From NCBI RefSeq assembly GCF_018977255.1, contig NW_024704743.1, forward strand, positions 39,124,001-39,188,000: a stretch of DNA of 64,000 nucleotides, written 5' to 3'. Shown one piece after another: positions 1-12,829 of the stretch. Within the stretch, counting starts at the first letter, position 1, and each line of letters opens with the position of its first letter. Source of the stretch: Callorhinchus milii. Taxonomy: Eukaryota. The notes under the pieces were generated by a model. It was given only the letters and a program-made list of their open reading frames with translations, was not told the origin of the DNA and did no database searches. A program made the translations under genes and the position numbers.

Positions 1-1235
1 GAAAATGGTGCTATTCAAGCCTTGTTTTCAGAGCTTTCAGCAATGAGGCCCTCATTGGGCCTATGGGCGTGGGGAGGGAAAGGTACATGAGGGCAGGAAC
101 TGGGCAAAATGAAATGTGTATATGCTCCTTCCTAGTTTAAAGCTGCACAAGAGACACATAAATATTATGGGAAGAGGATATGGAATTTGGTTTAATTAAG
201 CAATGGAATGTATTTAGGAATGATTTAATTTAACGGGAACAAGTGAGTTGGTGTGTCAAAGGTTGTACTTCTTGTACGATTTAATTAACGGAATCTTTAT
301 TCTTTGAACAATGCTCCTTCCAACCAATTGCTCACGAGCGCTTGCAAATTAAGATCACAGGGTAAGCACTGCAGCATTTCATAACCTGCACCTTGTCCTA
401 ACTGAAGTTATTTTAAACACAGCAAATTTTATCCAGAAGCTTCAAAACTAGTTTGTCAACTTAAAATTAGTCCCAGAAGAACTCCTGGCCCAATTGCATG
501 GCTAATTTAGAAGTTCAAGCCTCATTTCAACTGGGATCAAATAGTTTTTGTACCCAAGATACCAGCTTGTTGTCTGCGCAACTGTTTATTCTATTGCAGC
601 CCCAGGCTGGTATCTTGAGGAAGAAAAAGAATCTATAGTCTGCGATGGAATAAACAATTCTGCAGACAACAGACACTGCAATTCCCATTTCTAGGGAGGA
701 GCTCCAAATAACATTCATCCCTAACTAACCGAATTAGAATAAATTCAGAGAACTGCTCTGAACTTGTCCTCGTGCAGTGTACACACTGGATCCTTTCTTT
801 CCTTTCTGTTTGCCCTAAGGCTACATTGACAATATCGCAGCAAAAGAATTGGAAGTTTTTTTTGTGTCACCAATAGGAAGGGAGTGACTTAAGTAGCTGG
901 ATTTAATTAAAAAGATATCGTTATCCATGCCTAGTCTGTCCAATTTCTAGTTATGAATCTAAATATGTATTTCCTTATAACCTAGGAATGTTCTTTCTCT
1001 TGTGCAATCTCTGCTTCAGAGATCAGATTCTTATTTTTTGGGATCCAAATTCTCACAAACATACACACACACAATTAGAAGGATTACCAATGTTGTACCA
1101 GTAGCCTATGCTCATGGAAAAATGTGTGGGAAGTTTAAAGACTTCCTTGCATATGCTCAAACACTGGCTTAGACTGCCAACGTTTCAACCATTGCCAATA
1201 TCAGTATACTTGGCTAAGAGTCATTTTGGAAATCA

Positions 1236-1293
1236 TGGAGATGCTACCCCTGCATGAAGGGCGCTATATAAATGTAAGTTGTTGGTGTTGTTG
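1236..1293 (+). mobile_element. Solo L2 3' tail
   Basis: gagatgctacccctgcatgaagggcgctatataaatgtaagttgttggtgttgttg: tail stem-loop plus (GTT)n. Confidence 0.65.
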
Positions 1294-1983
1294 TGATCAA
1301 GGTTACACTAGATGTGGCATAACATTCATTTGCTCACTGTGAACCAGGCAATCACGTGTGGTTGATGTTGATTTTGAGCAAAGTGCTAAACATCACTGGC
1401 AACACACAGAATGGACCAACGTGAGTCACTTATATCACAATATGAAGTGAAAGAATTTGCCAAGTTATGAGATCAAGTGATGAGAAATTGCAGTAAAATC
1501 ATTTGATAATGATTGTGTGGTCTGCGGGAATAAACATCCCTCTCCACTCGACTTTACAACAAAGGCCTGATGTTTTCTGCAGCCATCTCTGTAGTTGCCG
1601 AGCTCAGCACTTCTGTGCCACTTAACTCAGCCTCAGAATTGAGCTAAACTGATTTCCCATGAAGCAGCAACTCCAATAACAGCTGCAAGAGGATTCCAGC
1701 CTACACTTGTGTTGAGGTTCAGGGGTGGGGGGGGTGGAAAGTGAACCCATATCTGAAGCCAGTCATTATTATTGACTAGTAATATAACTAACTAACTATA
1801 TGATATCGCATCACTGGTCACCCTCACATTTTAATTTGCAAACAAATCATATTTTTTTAAATATTATTGAAAATTGATTGCATTAAGGTTTATTTTCAAA
1901 ACCACCCACTGGAATAAATGGCCAGACAACCCAAAGTTAGTGCTGTTCATGAGCAGAAATGTCTGGCCTCAAAGCCCTGCCAA

Positions 1984-2053
1984 ACAATGACAACAACAAC
2001 AAAATTACATTTGTAAAGTGCCTTTCATGTCGGGAGGACATCCCAAGGCGCTG
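1984..2053 (-). mobile_element. Solo L2 3' tail
   Basis: Reverse complement reads gcgccttgggatgtcctcccgacatgaaaggcactttacaaatgtaattttgttgttg, matching the tail of the L2 at 15440-16200. Confidence 0.75.
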
Positions 2054-2407
2054 TGATGTTTCACAAGGTGACTTTTCACACAACCTTTTCTCCCTGTCTT
2101 GGTTGATCAACATGAAAAGTTTGTTTTTATTTTGAGATCCAATTTAAAGCTAATTAATGGCTATGTCCTTGTAATCATGCCACTGTTTCTGGAAGAAGAT
2201 AATGTAGGAGTAGGAGGTCTCACAGATCTGCTTGCAGGCAAGATTTAGTGAAGATCATTGAGACGTCTCAATGTCATGTTAAAGCACCATAAGGATTTTT
2301 TTTATTATTTCCAAATATTTTTGCCTCCGAAGGCCATCGAGTAACAAGAAAGGTAGTAGACCAGACATCACAAGAAGAGTGAGGGAGTAATTCTCCAATC
2401 ACTGATA

Positions 2408-2695
2408 ACTAATAATAATAATCCTTGCATTTGATGTAGTGCCTTATCATATCATTGAGACGTCTCATGGCACTTCACAGAATACACCGTGAAGTCAATT
2501 GACTATATTTTGTGGGCGAAATGCAGCAGCTAATTGCACACAGCAGTGTCCCACCAACAGTCATGGATTGAATGACCAATTTATTTATTTATTTTTTAAA
2601 GGATTATTAACCCCAGAAAGTGATCCATCAAACGACAAACATCTAGGTTCCTACTTACTGCTAGGTAAACAGGTGTATGGAGTAAGGAAACTTAA
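2408..2695 (-). mobile_element. Deu-domain SINE, older long variant of the young SINE family
   Basis: (AAT)n tail, aatccttgcatttgat, tgtgggcgaa/aattgcacacagc core, ggagtaaggaaactt, plus an extra ttactgctaggtaaacagg segment. Confidence 0.8.
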
Positions 2696-3045
2696 ACCAG
2701 CTGACCTTGGTGGTGTTGAGTTTGCAATGTAGAATAATTCACTAATATCCCTACATCATCCACACAAGATCATTTTATTTACACAGATGTAATGCTCATA
2801 ACAGTCATACTTTCATTTTAAGTCAGTCAAAGCAGGCGTGCTTTCACAGCTCTTGTAGTCACGGAAAGCTGCTATGACCTCCATTCAGCATGTGTTTGAC
2901 GACCACAATGATAAATCCCAAGGCACGGATTTAGGTTAGATAAAATACAGCTTGACTGTTTTATCCTCAAAAAAACTATTTTTTTTGGATTTTCAATGAT
3001 CTTGTGTTGTATTACATGGTCGCTATCAGGTAGAGTTGTTCTGTA

Positions 3046-3493
3046 TTGTCATCTTATCTCCACTGGCTTCCCATCACACAGAGGATACAGTTCAAGATCC
3101 TGGTCCTCACCTTGAAAGCCCTCCATGGTCTTGCTCCCCCCTACCTCTCTAACCTCCTAACCCCCTACCATCCTGTTCGCTCCTTCCACTCAGCGCGCTC
3201 CGGCCTGCTTCACGTCCCCCACCTTGCTCGTCCCACTATTGGCAGTCAGGCCTTCCGTCACTCTGCACCACCCTCTGGAACTCCATCCCTCAGTCCCTCC
3301 TTCTTGCCACCTTCAAGACCCATCTCAAGACCCTCCTCTTCGACCGTGTTTTCGATCTTCCTGCTTCCCCCCCGCCGTCCACCCTCCGCCACCCCAACCC
3401 CCAGTTCAGGTCCGTAACTCTGTCTGTCCAGCACCTTGGGACGTCCTCCTGTTGTGAAAAGAGCTATACAAATGTAATTTGTTGTTGTTGTTA
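3046..3493 (+). mobile_element. L2 LINE, 5'-truncated 3' end
   Basis: LHWLPITQRIQFKILVLT, the L2 ORF2 C-terminal motif; tail stem-loop and (GTT)n. Confidence 0.92.
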
Positions 3494-3619
3494 TCGTAGC
3501 GTTGATGACTCAGATCCTTCCGAGTGAAACAAGCACCTGCTCTCAATCGATTTGCCTGTGTATATATGTGCAGTAAATCAGGAGAGCTACTTTCACAATC
3601 TAATCACAGCTATTTCTAA

Positions 3620-3790
3620 TCTTCCACATTGCCTGACACCACCCATACCTCACACCCATCCCTGCTGATACCCTCATCCACACTTTTGTCACCTTCTACC
3701 TTGATTTCTCCAATGCACCCTTCGTCGGACTCCCAGACCTACTGAATCAAAACTCTGCCACCATATCCTCAACTATAACAAAGTCTGCAC
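3620..3790 (+). mobile_element. Old L2 fragment
   Basis: gctgataccctcatccacacttttgtcaccttctaccttgatttctccaatgc encodes a degraded (A)ETLIHAFVTSRLDYSN motif. Confidence 0.7.
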
Positions 3791-3904
3791 CCCCTCACAG
3801 GTGACTGGGAGCACGAGCAAGGAGCAGGTGGCAAGCTGAGGGTGGGTGGAGAAAGGTGGCCAAAAGCACAATCAAAAAGGTATGTCGTAAGGTAACTCCT
3901 AATA

Positions 3905-4290
3905 TTCTGGGTGACCTAGGTTTAAATTTAACGCCTACTAATGTCTCCCAGTGAGTCTGAGTCAACCCAGTTCCTAAATGGTCCCACAGCACAAAACCAA
4001 CCAGAGTTTGGCAAAGATTGACAATGTCACTCAGAGGTTGTGGGCAATTCTAGCAATCATTAACACAGCTTTAACAAGTCCTCTATAAACTATAACACAT
4101 TTAATTTTTATAATTTTACATGTGAAAAATAGGATGGGAGGTAGGGGTGTTAGGGCATCACTCTGGTGTACCAAATGGTGCTGGAGGTTTGGGGTGAAAG
4201 CATTTTATTGGTCTGTGTGCAGCCAGCTTCAATCTGCATCTGGTTATACAAGATAGCAGATGTCAGGTGAAACATTGTTCCGTTCCCAGC
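3905..4290 (+). mobile_element. LF-SINE-like ancient SINE relic
   Basis: B-box-like gacctaggtttaaat, then cccagttcctaaatggtcccacagcacaaaaccaaccagagtttggca, resembling the LF-SINE core as I recall it. Confidence 0.45.
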
Positions 4291-4944
4291 TTGATGAGTG
4301 TAAAAATTGGTAAAACCATGCACGTTTCATTGTGTACATAGCTGGTGTTATGCCCTGTGTGGAATAGGACTGCTAATAATATATTTTTATTGCATTCAGA
4401 AAGAGGGAAAGGTTGATAAAATAAAATATTTTTAAGGCTTCTTCATCTTGCCAAAAAGCTGTCTCTGAGTTGACTGAGCTGCCAGCAACAATTGAACATT
4501 TCAGCTGTTACAACACTTGAATAGCATCAACGATAGACATAATTAAAATAACGGACTTAGCACCAGAAAAAGAATATAACTATAGCTGATGTGCTAACAC
4601 TTTGCTGTCTGCTTACAGCAATCTGCCAACTATGTTGATCGCATAGCTGATTATAATTCTTAGCCTTGTGACCAAATGTCATTTCAAAGTATCCTTCTTC
4701 TCCACTCCTCCCCTCTTCTCCATAGTACTAACTCATGTGGGTTATGTTTCCATTACATTACATTCTGCAAGTGCTTCACCCATCTAGACATTATAGTTGG
4801 ACACGTGTCAATGGGCTACTTAACTTTGAGGAGCATTAGTGCCAGGTCTGATTCTGTCCTCCTACAACAGGGACACATATGAACTTTCTGGCAGGTACCC
4901 TATGTTTTATACAGTAAATTGTACAATTGTAATTGTATACTTAT

Positions 4945-5905
4945 ATAACAACAACTTGCATTTATACATCACCCTCCACACCGGGTGGCATCCCAGAGTG
5001 CTTAACAATGATGGAGCCTGATGCCAAGCCAGGGGGAGGGGAAGGTGACCGTGGGAACAGTTGAAGAGGAAGATCTTCAGGCACAAGCTGAACATGGGGA
5101 AAGAGGGGGCAGGCAAAGGGATTGAGGGAGGAAGTTTCACAGCTTTTGGGGCGTAGTAGCTGAAGGCACGGCCGCCAATGGTGGAGCGGAGGATTTGAGG
5201 GCCAAGTAGGAGGCCGGAGCCAGCAGAGTGGAGGCAGCGGGTAGTGCTGTGAGAAGAGAGGAGTTTGGAGGGATAGGGGGGTGCCAAGGCGTGGAGGGTT
5301 ATAAACATGGAGGGATATAAACACTGGAGTGAGGATCTTGAAGTCGATCTACTCTGTGACAGGGAGCCAGTGGAGTTTGACAAGGACTGGAGTAATCGGG
5401 GTGTGGAGTTTAGTGCGGGTAACAATGCAGGCAGTAGAGTTTTGGATGAGTTGAATTTTGTGAATAGTGGAGGAGGGGAGATCAGCGAGGAGGGCATTTA
5501 AGTAATCCAGCTGAGATGTGATGAAGGCATGGACAAGGTTTCGGCAGCTTGTGGGGTGAGGTATTGTTGGAGATGGGCAATGTGGCAGAGATAGAGGAAA
5601 GCAGTCCTAGCCAGGGATCTGATGTGGGGGAAGAAGGATAACTGGGGATCGAACCTGATGCCTAAGTTGCGCACAGGTTCATAGAGTTTTAAGAACAGAT
5701 CGGGTAGGTTGAGGAGGTCGGAACCGCAGGTAGAAGACAAACTGATAGAGCATCAGAGGACTGGGGGTCATAGTTGGAGGAGGAGAAGTAGAGTTGAGTG
5801 TCATCCACACACATGTGGAAATTAACCCTGTGTTTGTGGATGGCATCACTGAAAGGGAGCACATAGATGAAGGAAGAGAAGGGAGCCAAGGATAGAGGAA
5901 GTTGG
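4945..5905 (-). mobile_element. L2 LINE 3' part (RT C-terminal half), frameshifted
   Basis: FHMCVDDTQLY (YADD box), VRNLGIRFDPQLSF, AAETL; (AAC)n tail at about 4945. Confidence 0.92.
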
Positions 5906-7726
5906 GAGGAAGTCTCCATTTGTACAAACTATACTACAAATACACAGTGAACTACAGTAGTACCCAATTAGGCACCGTTTTGTATGATCGTCTTGTGCCC
6001 AGTAGAACTCCGCACACTCAACTCACATTGAATTCACAACCAGCATTAATGCCCAACTCCAAAATGTCAAAGGCCCAGCTCTGTGTTTTTTTAATCACTA
6101 CTAAGCCATTGAGTTAAATATTTGCACTGATTGTTGAACACAGGAACATAAGAAGTCTGGCTTTCCTTTGAATGGTTTAAAAGTACCATCACTGATGCAA
6201 CATCTGTATTCTTACCCCAATCGATACTGATACAGCGTAAATGGTAAGTTAATAATAGAATGTCTCGGCTGAAGGTATTTTGGTATTACTGAAATTAGAA
6301 AGTTAAGGGTGTGGCGTTTCAGAAAGAGTTCCTTAAACACAAGGAATATAATATGAAACCCTGAAAACTTTGACCCTATATAATATTTTTAAAAATTATA
6401 ATAGAAAGAGAAAATCAGAATTGCTTTTAAAAAAGAATCACACTAACGTATACACAAACTCTACAGAATTGATCGTGACATTGCTTCTCTGAAACAATTG
6501 GCTGAAACAATCTCCAACCAAAAACCTAAGGGTAGGATCTTCACCTTGCATATGACATGTACTGGCATGTAACCTGGCATTTAATTAAAATGACTGTACT
6601 GCCCACACTGAAGCCTTCAAGCATCCACACAAACCATTAACCACAGCCCTGCAAAAAGGGAGTTTAAAATGAACTGGAAAGAATTTTTGTGGTGTGAAAT
6701 ACTGTATGTTCAACGTAAAAGATTTTATCACTAAGCTACAAATACCATGTTGTCACCATATACTATTGACAGCTCAAATCATACAAAGACTTGAAATATG
6801 AAAAGAGAAGCTCAAACTGTTCATAATACAGTAAAATAAAAAAGAGCTGTAGGCAAAAATATGACATTTCATAACAGATTAGATAACACGTTCAATATTT
6901 ATCAAATCTGTTGTGAAACCTTAGATTTTCACCCCTATATTTAATGCATTATAACAGTCATCTTATTGCTATCAACGATATCGGGGAGATTATTCTCCAG
7001 GCAATGTGCAAAACAAAAAAAAACGATCCTGTATGTCTAAGGTAACAGTTAGGACTGCTGCTTTTTCACAGTGGGACTTCAGAACATAGCCTGCCCAAGA
7101 CAATGTATATGACACAATGGTTTGAGTCCTTGGCCATTTTCTTGTTCTTTGGGATGATGGTTTTTTTTACTTGGAAACTGTGAATGAGGAATGAATGAGA
7201 AGAAATTAAAATATAATATGCTCTTTATCCAAGAAGTCATCAGAAACAAATGTTTTAAAGATGTTAATATATAAGAAATGCTAATATGTAAAATTATTCT
7301 TTCAAATTACATCATGGAGGGCTTCTTTTAATTTAGGGTAAATAAACAGATTAATGGTCTGTCTTTATATGTGGGCCCAATATTTGCTCTGAAGCTTTTA
7401 AATGGCTGTTTTGCCGTGTAAATGATTCTCCAAAAAAAGGAAGGGGAAAAGGGGAAGAAGTGAGCTATTTATCCCTCTGAGAACATCTTGTATTCAGGCT
7501 GCACTGGTTGAAAACAATTTTGCACCAGATTAATCATTGTGAATGTTTATTACGGCTTTATACACAGCAGTATTTCAATAACATGGAGAACAAGCACAAG
7601 GAGTGAAATGGGAGCACGCAGGTCCCTAGAGGTAAGTAAGATTAAAATAAGTAATGTCCAGTCCACTTAATAAAATTTTAAATTAAATGAACGAGACTGA
7701 AAAATGCACACAATTCAAAATACTTT

Positions 7727-7795
7727 AAATGCTGGAAATCTGAAACAAAAACAGAGGTCACTGGGAACACTCAGTAGGTCAGGCAGCATCTAACG
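7727..7795. mobile_element. Fragment of a common chondrichthyan Penelope-associated repeat
   Basis: tgctggaaatctgaaacaaaaacagagg...actcagtaggtcaggcagcatct resembles a recalled shark repeat. Confidence 0.45.
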
Positions 7796-7974
7796 AGGAA
7801 AAATGCACATCTTGTTCAAAGAAAAAAGATTAAATGCTTCCCCACAGGGGAGAGGGGATCAATTCAGGGGAAGGGTTGTTCTGATTTTGTTCTTGCCTGT
7901 GACTTGCTTATTAGCTGCTGGCTCAAGGAAGCACTGATACAAACCCACAATCAATCTGTCCAGCCACTGTCATG

Positions 7975-9556
7975 GTTTAAAAACTCAAACCCGGCTCCTC
8001 GAGCACAGATGGCGGAAAACTGGCCTGACAGTCCACCGCCAACTGTGGCTCGAGCATCTCCACAGCTACCGCCGTTCTTTGACATGTGCAAAAATGGCCT
8101 TCTACTCCAACATCATCTTGGAGGCTAAACACAACCCGAAAGTTCTTTTTTCCACCACCCACTACCTCCTCCATGCCCCCCCCTCAGGCCTCCTCAATAT
8201 CCAATGCCAAGTGCGAGGAGGTCATGGACTTCTTCTCATCTAAAATTCACAAAATCTGCCAGGCAGCCTCATCCACCTGCCTGTCATCCACCACCGTGAA
8301 AGTCACAAACGGTTCCCTCGGTCTCCTTATCCTCCTGGACCTCTCCACCGCGTTCGACACAGTCGACCACGTCATCCTCCTCCAGCGCCTTTCCTCTGTC
8401 ATCCATCTCAATGGGATCGCACTCGCCTGGTTCGAGTCCTACCTCATGAACCACCAGCAGTACGTCTGCACAAATGGCTTCTACTCCCGCTCTCATCCGG
8501 TTACCTGCGGGGTACCCCAGGGATCCATACTTTTGTCCCCCTCCTCTTTCTGATCTACATGCTCCCTCTTGGGGATGTCATCCGCAGACAGGGGGTACAT
8601 TTCTACATGTATGCGGATGACACCCAACTCTATTTTCCACCTCTCTTTGCGACCCCAGTCCCCCGATATTCTGTCAGCCTGCCTGTCAGACCTCAGGGGC
8701 AGGATGAGCGCAAATTTCCTTCAACTGAACTTCGACAAGACAGAAGCCATACTCTTTGGCTCTCGCCAATGTCTCGAATCCCACAGCTCTCACCTCCTCC
8801 CCCTACCCGACCTCCCCCTAAAACTCTCTGAAGCCGTACGCAACCTTGGCGTCAGGTTCGACCCCCAATTGTTCTTCCTCCCCCACATCCAGTCTCTCAT
8901 CAGCACCGCTTTCTTCCACCTCCGACGCATCACCCGTCTCTGCAAATACCTCTCTCCGAAAGCCGCTGAAACCCTAGTCCATGCCTTTGTCACCTCTCGG
9001 CTGGACTACTCTAACGCCCTCCTCTCCGGTCTCCCATCCACCACCATCTATAAAATCCAAATCATCCAAAACTCTGCCTCCCGTATTCTCCCCTGCACCA
9101 AACTCTGTTCCCCGATTAACCCCGTCCTTGCCAGACTGCACTGGCTGCCTATCCCAGAGAGGCTTGACTTCAAGATCCTCACCCTTGTATTCAAATCCCT
9201 CCACTCCTCTGCACGCCCCTACCTCTCTGACCTCCTCTCTCCTCAAAACAGTACCCGTTGCCTTTGATCCTCCGGGTCTGGCCTCCTCCTCGTCCCCCGA
9301 GTCCTCCGCTCCACCCTCAGTGGTCGTGCCTTCAGCCACTATGCCCCGAGGCTCTGGAATTCCCTTCCTCACTCCCTTTGCCCACTCCCTCTCTTCCTAC
9401 TTTCAGGTCCCTTATGAAGACCTTTCTTTTCGAGCGCCCCTTTGGTCACCTTCCTACCCCTCCCCCTGGCTCGGCTCTGGGATTCGTTATTGTGAAACGC
9501 TCTGAGATGCCGTCCGGCATGGAGGGCGCCATATAAATCCAAGTTGTTGTTGTTGT
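7975..9556 (+). mobile_element. L2 LINE ORF2 (RT) remnant with internal deletion and intact 3' end
   Basis: [63 protein letters not shown]; frameshifts; (GTT)n tail. Confidence 0.95.
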
Positions 9557-9710
9557 TAGTGTAGGGAGACCATAGGTAACTGATAATAAAAAATACTCAA
9601 GAGGGATTCATACAGTTTGAAACAAAGTACCGTAAATACTGAAGACCTTCCCTTTAGACCGTGTCTACAATCACCTTCTCCCTCTCCTAGCGTCTTGGTC
9701 CACCACTGTT

Positions 9711-9780
9711 AACGCTCCGAGATGCTACCCTGCATGAAGGGGGGGTGTGGTGAGTGCTGTATAAATGCAAGTTGTAGTAA
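9711..9780 (+). mobile_element. Solo L2 3' tail
   Basis: acgctccgagatgctaccctgcatgaaggg...tataaatgcaagttgtag, same type as the tail at 1236. Confidence 0.55.
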
Positions 9781-10599
9781 GTGATGTTTTCAGCCATGTC
9801 CAAATTACCATAGAAGTTCCAGCACAGAACAATGCGATCCAGCCTGTCAAGTCTATTTTGGTCCTACCTTCCTTACACATTTTTCCAAGATATAGTACAT
9901 TTTTTAGGAGAGTACAGACAAAAACAACACTAACAACCATACCAAGAGAGCCTAAGGTCTTTATTATACTGCAATTTCATCTCAGTCATACAGTGATGTG
10001 TTTAAAGAATAATTAACCCAACTATTGCTAAGCATAGACTCCTGTCTCAGAAAGATCATCATATACTGAAAAGAGAAGCCAAGAGTGAAGCATTGACTGG
10101 CCAAAAGAATTGGATTTCTCAGACTGTTAATGGATATGACCAATCCTGGAGCCCTGAGTCACTGCCCTGAAACGTAAAGACGACAGAAACCCAAATGGCA
10201 GCACCGAAGCTGCATATTCATGAAGTGAAAAAAATGTTGTGATCAGCTAAATGCCTTCAGTCTGTGAAAGTACTGAGTCATGTGAACATCCAGTCTATCC
10301 CTTCCCATGACCTTGGGAAACCCAGAAAAAGCACAAAACTAGTCTGTTGTTGCTGAGAGGAGACACGGGAAAAGCGATACCACTTACCAAGCCAGTAGTT
10401 ACCGAATGTACCTTGTTAGACATAGAAACATGTGTACACAGGTCTGACAGAAAGCAGGCAGACACACAGAAGAGCGGCAGTTAAGCGTCACTGGAAAATG
10501 AATTGCATCTAATGGTGGCATTTTACAGATGCGCTCTGATCTCTTTAAGGAGTCAATGCTGAATGAGTTAGGGAGGGAAAATAAATAAAAAACAGGGTT

Positions 10600-10810
10600 C
10601 CAGGGGACCCTTGTTGCGAAGACTGTGCCTGTGGATATCATGTCAGGGCAGCATTGGACTTGGTTGTGAGGCCCGTTTGGTCAAATGACTTACTGACACT
10701 CACAATCAATGCTGACATTTGGATAAAATATCAGATGATGCTCAGCAACTGTGAAACCATACCCCAGTAAAAGGGGGGAAACATCTTCAGAAGAAGAAAA
10801 AATTGAGAGA
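10600..10810 (+). mobile_element. AmnSINE2-like ancient SINE fragment
   Basis: gtggatatcatgtcagggcagcattggacttggttgtgag...ctgacactcac...gaaaccataccccag; related to 23685-23806 and 52758-52880. Confidence 0.5.
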
Positions 10811-11749
10811 AAAGACATAAGCGGGGTTTTATTTTTTTAAAAAGTAAAACCCGTTTTCACGAGTGTAATTTGCAGAGGTGATTACAATGACAAAGTCAGG
10901 AAACTGGAGAAGATGTACAAAGCATTTGAGAAACAGCTTCAGATGTGTTGAACAAATATGGATGTTGCTGGGAAAGGGGAGGGGGAAGGGAGAATAAAGA
11001 TGGGAGAGGAGAGAAGCTGAAAGGTTAGCTTGTTCCTAGAATTTCTGCCCAAGGTTCCATCTTATCAGTATATCTACTACACAAACCATCTGTCTTTAAA
11101 AGGATATTGAATGAAGCTTATTGAGGATCAGGTTGGAGTTAATCCGATTTTCCTAATTTGATTGAACTTTTACACAGTTTGGTCCACCTAGTAACCTTTA
11201 TATGAATGCCCAGATGGTGTGGAGACAATGAAAGGAGTGGCAGTGTGGTACATGACTGTAAGAAACCTCTGGGTTATACTGACATGCATACCACAAGCAA
11301 ATATTATAGCACCAATACCTAATTAATTCCATCATTTTATATAGGAGGTACATTACTGTGATTTCACCCCCATTCACTCACTTGAACTACTCAGGGGAGT
11401 TCATCTAACTTTGGAAAAGAGGAAGGGCACTTTGCTCCCACTCCTCAGTACTGGGTACTATAAAGATACATGAGTGAGGCGGTGAAAACCTGTCCACCAG
11501 ATGTCTTTTCTCCAACTCCTTGTGGCCAAATACTTGCCTTGACATGGCATCTTTTGGTCAACAAGCTGAAAACACGAAATCCAAGCCTGCGCCCTAAACT
11601 AGCTTTTAAGGAGTTTCATCAGGCAACATCAATAAGGATGGCAGTGTTCCAAGGTAGAAGTACAGGTGCAGGTATTTTCCATAATAGTGCAAGCCAAAGC
11701 ACTAACAATAAACAGGTCCTTGCTGGATAAACGTAATCCCCTACAGATA

Positions 11750-11808
11750 TCCAGTGCCTTGGGACGTCCTCCCAATGTGAAAGGCGCTATACAAATGTAA
11801 TTTGTTCT
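11750..11808 (+). mobile_element. Solo L2 3' tail
   Basis: gtgccttgggacgtcctcccaatgtgaaaggcgctatacaaatgtaatttgtt. Confidence 0.75.
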
Positions 11809-12829
11809 TTCGGAGAAACTATTGAATCTACAGAAATGTCTGCAATACCTCAGTACAAGACTTAAATAAGTAACATTTAATAAAATTGTCACTCAACAAA
11901 GATAGCTGTTATGTTTAAGTTCACAAGAATATATTGCTGGGGGAATTGCAGTTTGCCAAGAATATTGTTGAAATTCTGATACCAATACTTTACATTTTAA
12001 AAGTAAATCACAGTCTCACGTAGAACAAGTACCAGAATGACTTTGAAAGCATGCATCCCGACAAAAGAAAATAGTTAGTAAACTACAAAACATGTAAACG
12101 TAAGCATATTCAATGCATAACATGAAATAAGTGTTAGATTAAGAGCAACATACTAGAATTTAGTGGTGTTAGGCTGTGTTTCAAATTGAAGCCTTTTATT
12201 GAGAGAATCCTAACATCACATATTCACTGGGATGCACTGAATCACCCCTTAATAATAAACCAGTTAATGAGTAAAATACACCTATACTGCAGTTTTGAAC
12301 AGAGGTAAGACCCAGGCAGACAGTTTCATTTGTCATTTTACTTTCAGACAGGGTTCGCCTGCATTCCGATAGATTACTGAATACACAGTCATCACAGAGT
12401 TTCCCTCAGAATATGAGCAAGAACATGTACCGACAGCAAAGAAACTAACAATAACATTGGTATCCATAATAGTAAACTAAGTAACACCACGTCAAATCAT
12501 TACTGTTGGTTTGCTCAAAGAGATTTTCTATTTAAATCTGTCCATTGAAACTGTACCACACACCCACAGCTGTTACATTGTTAAAACTTTAAACAAAGCG
12601 AAAAGGCAAAGAGCAGCAAACGTCTAGGGGCACATTTGAGGCAATAATTCAAACTTGACATTATGTCGACATTTATAAATTTCAGGCTTTACTCACAAGA
12701 GTTTACGATAATATCTGTAACAGGTCATTCAATGATTAATTTCCTTCCTCCTCGCTTAATCTAAATATTTTTTTAATTCTAATTTTTCTTTGGTAAACTT
12801 TCAGCTATTGATAGCGTACACCAAATATG

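Noticed and set aside
8569..9267. 232-aa ORF (and 30630-31130) as a functional reverse transcriptase gene
   Set aside because: Fragments of frameshifted, truncated L2 ORF2 with no endonuclease and an incomplete RT.
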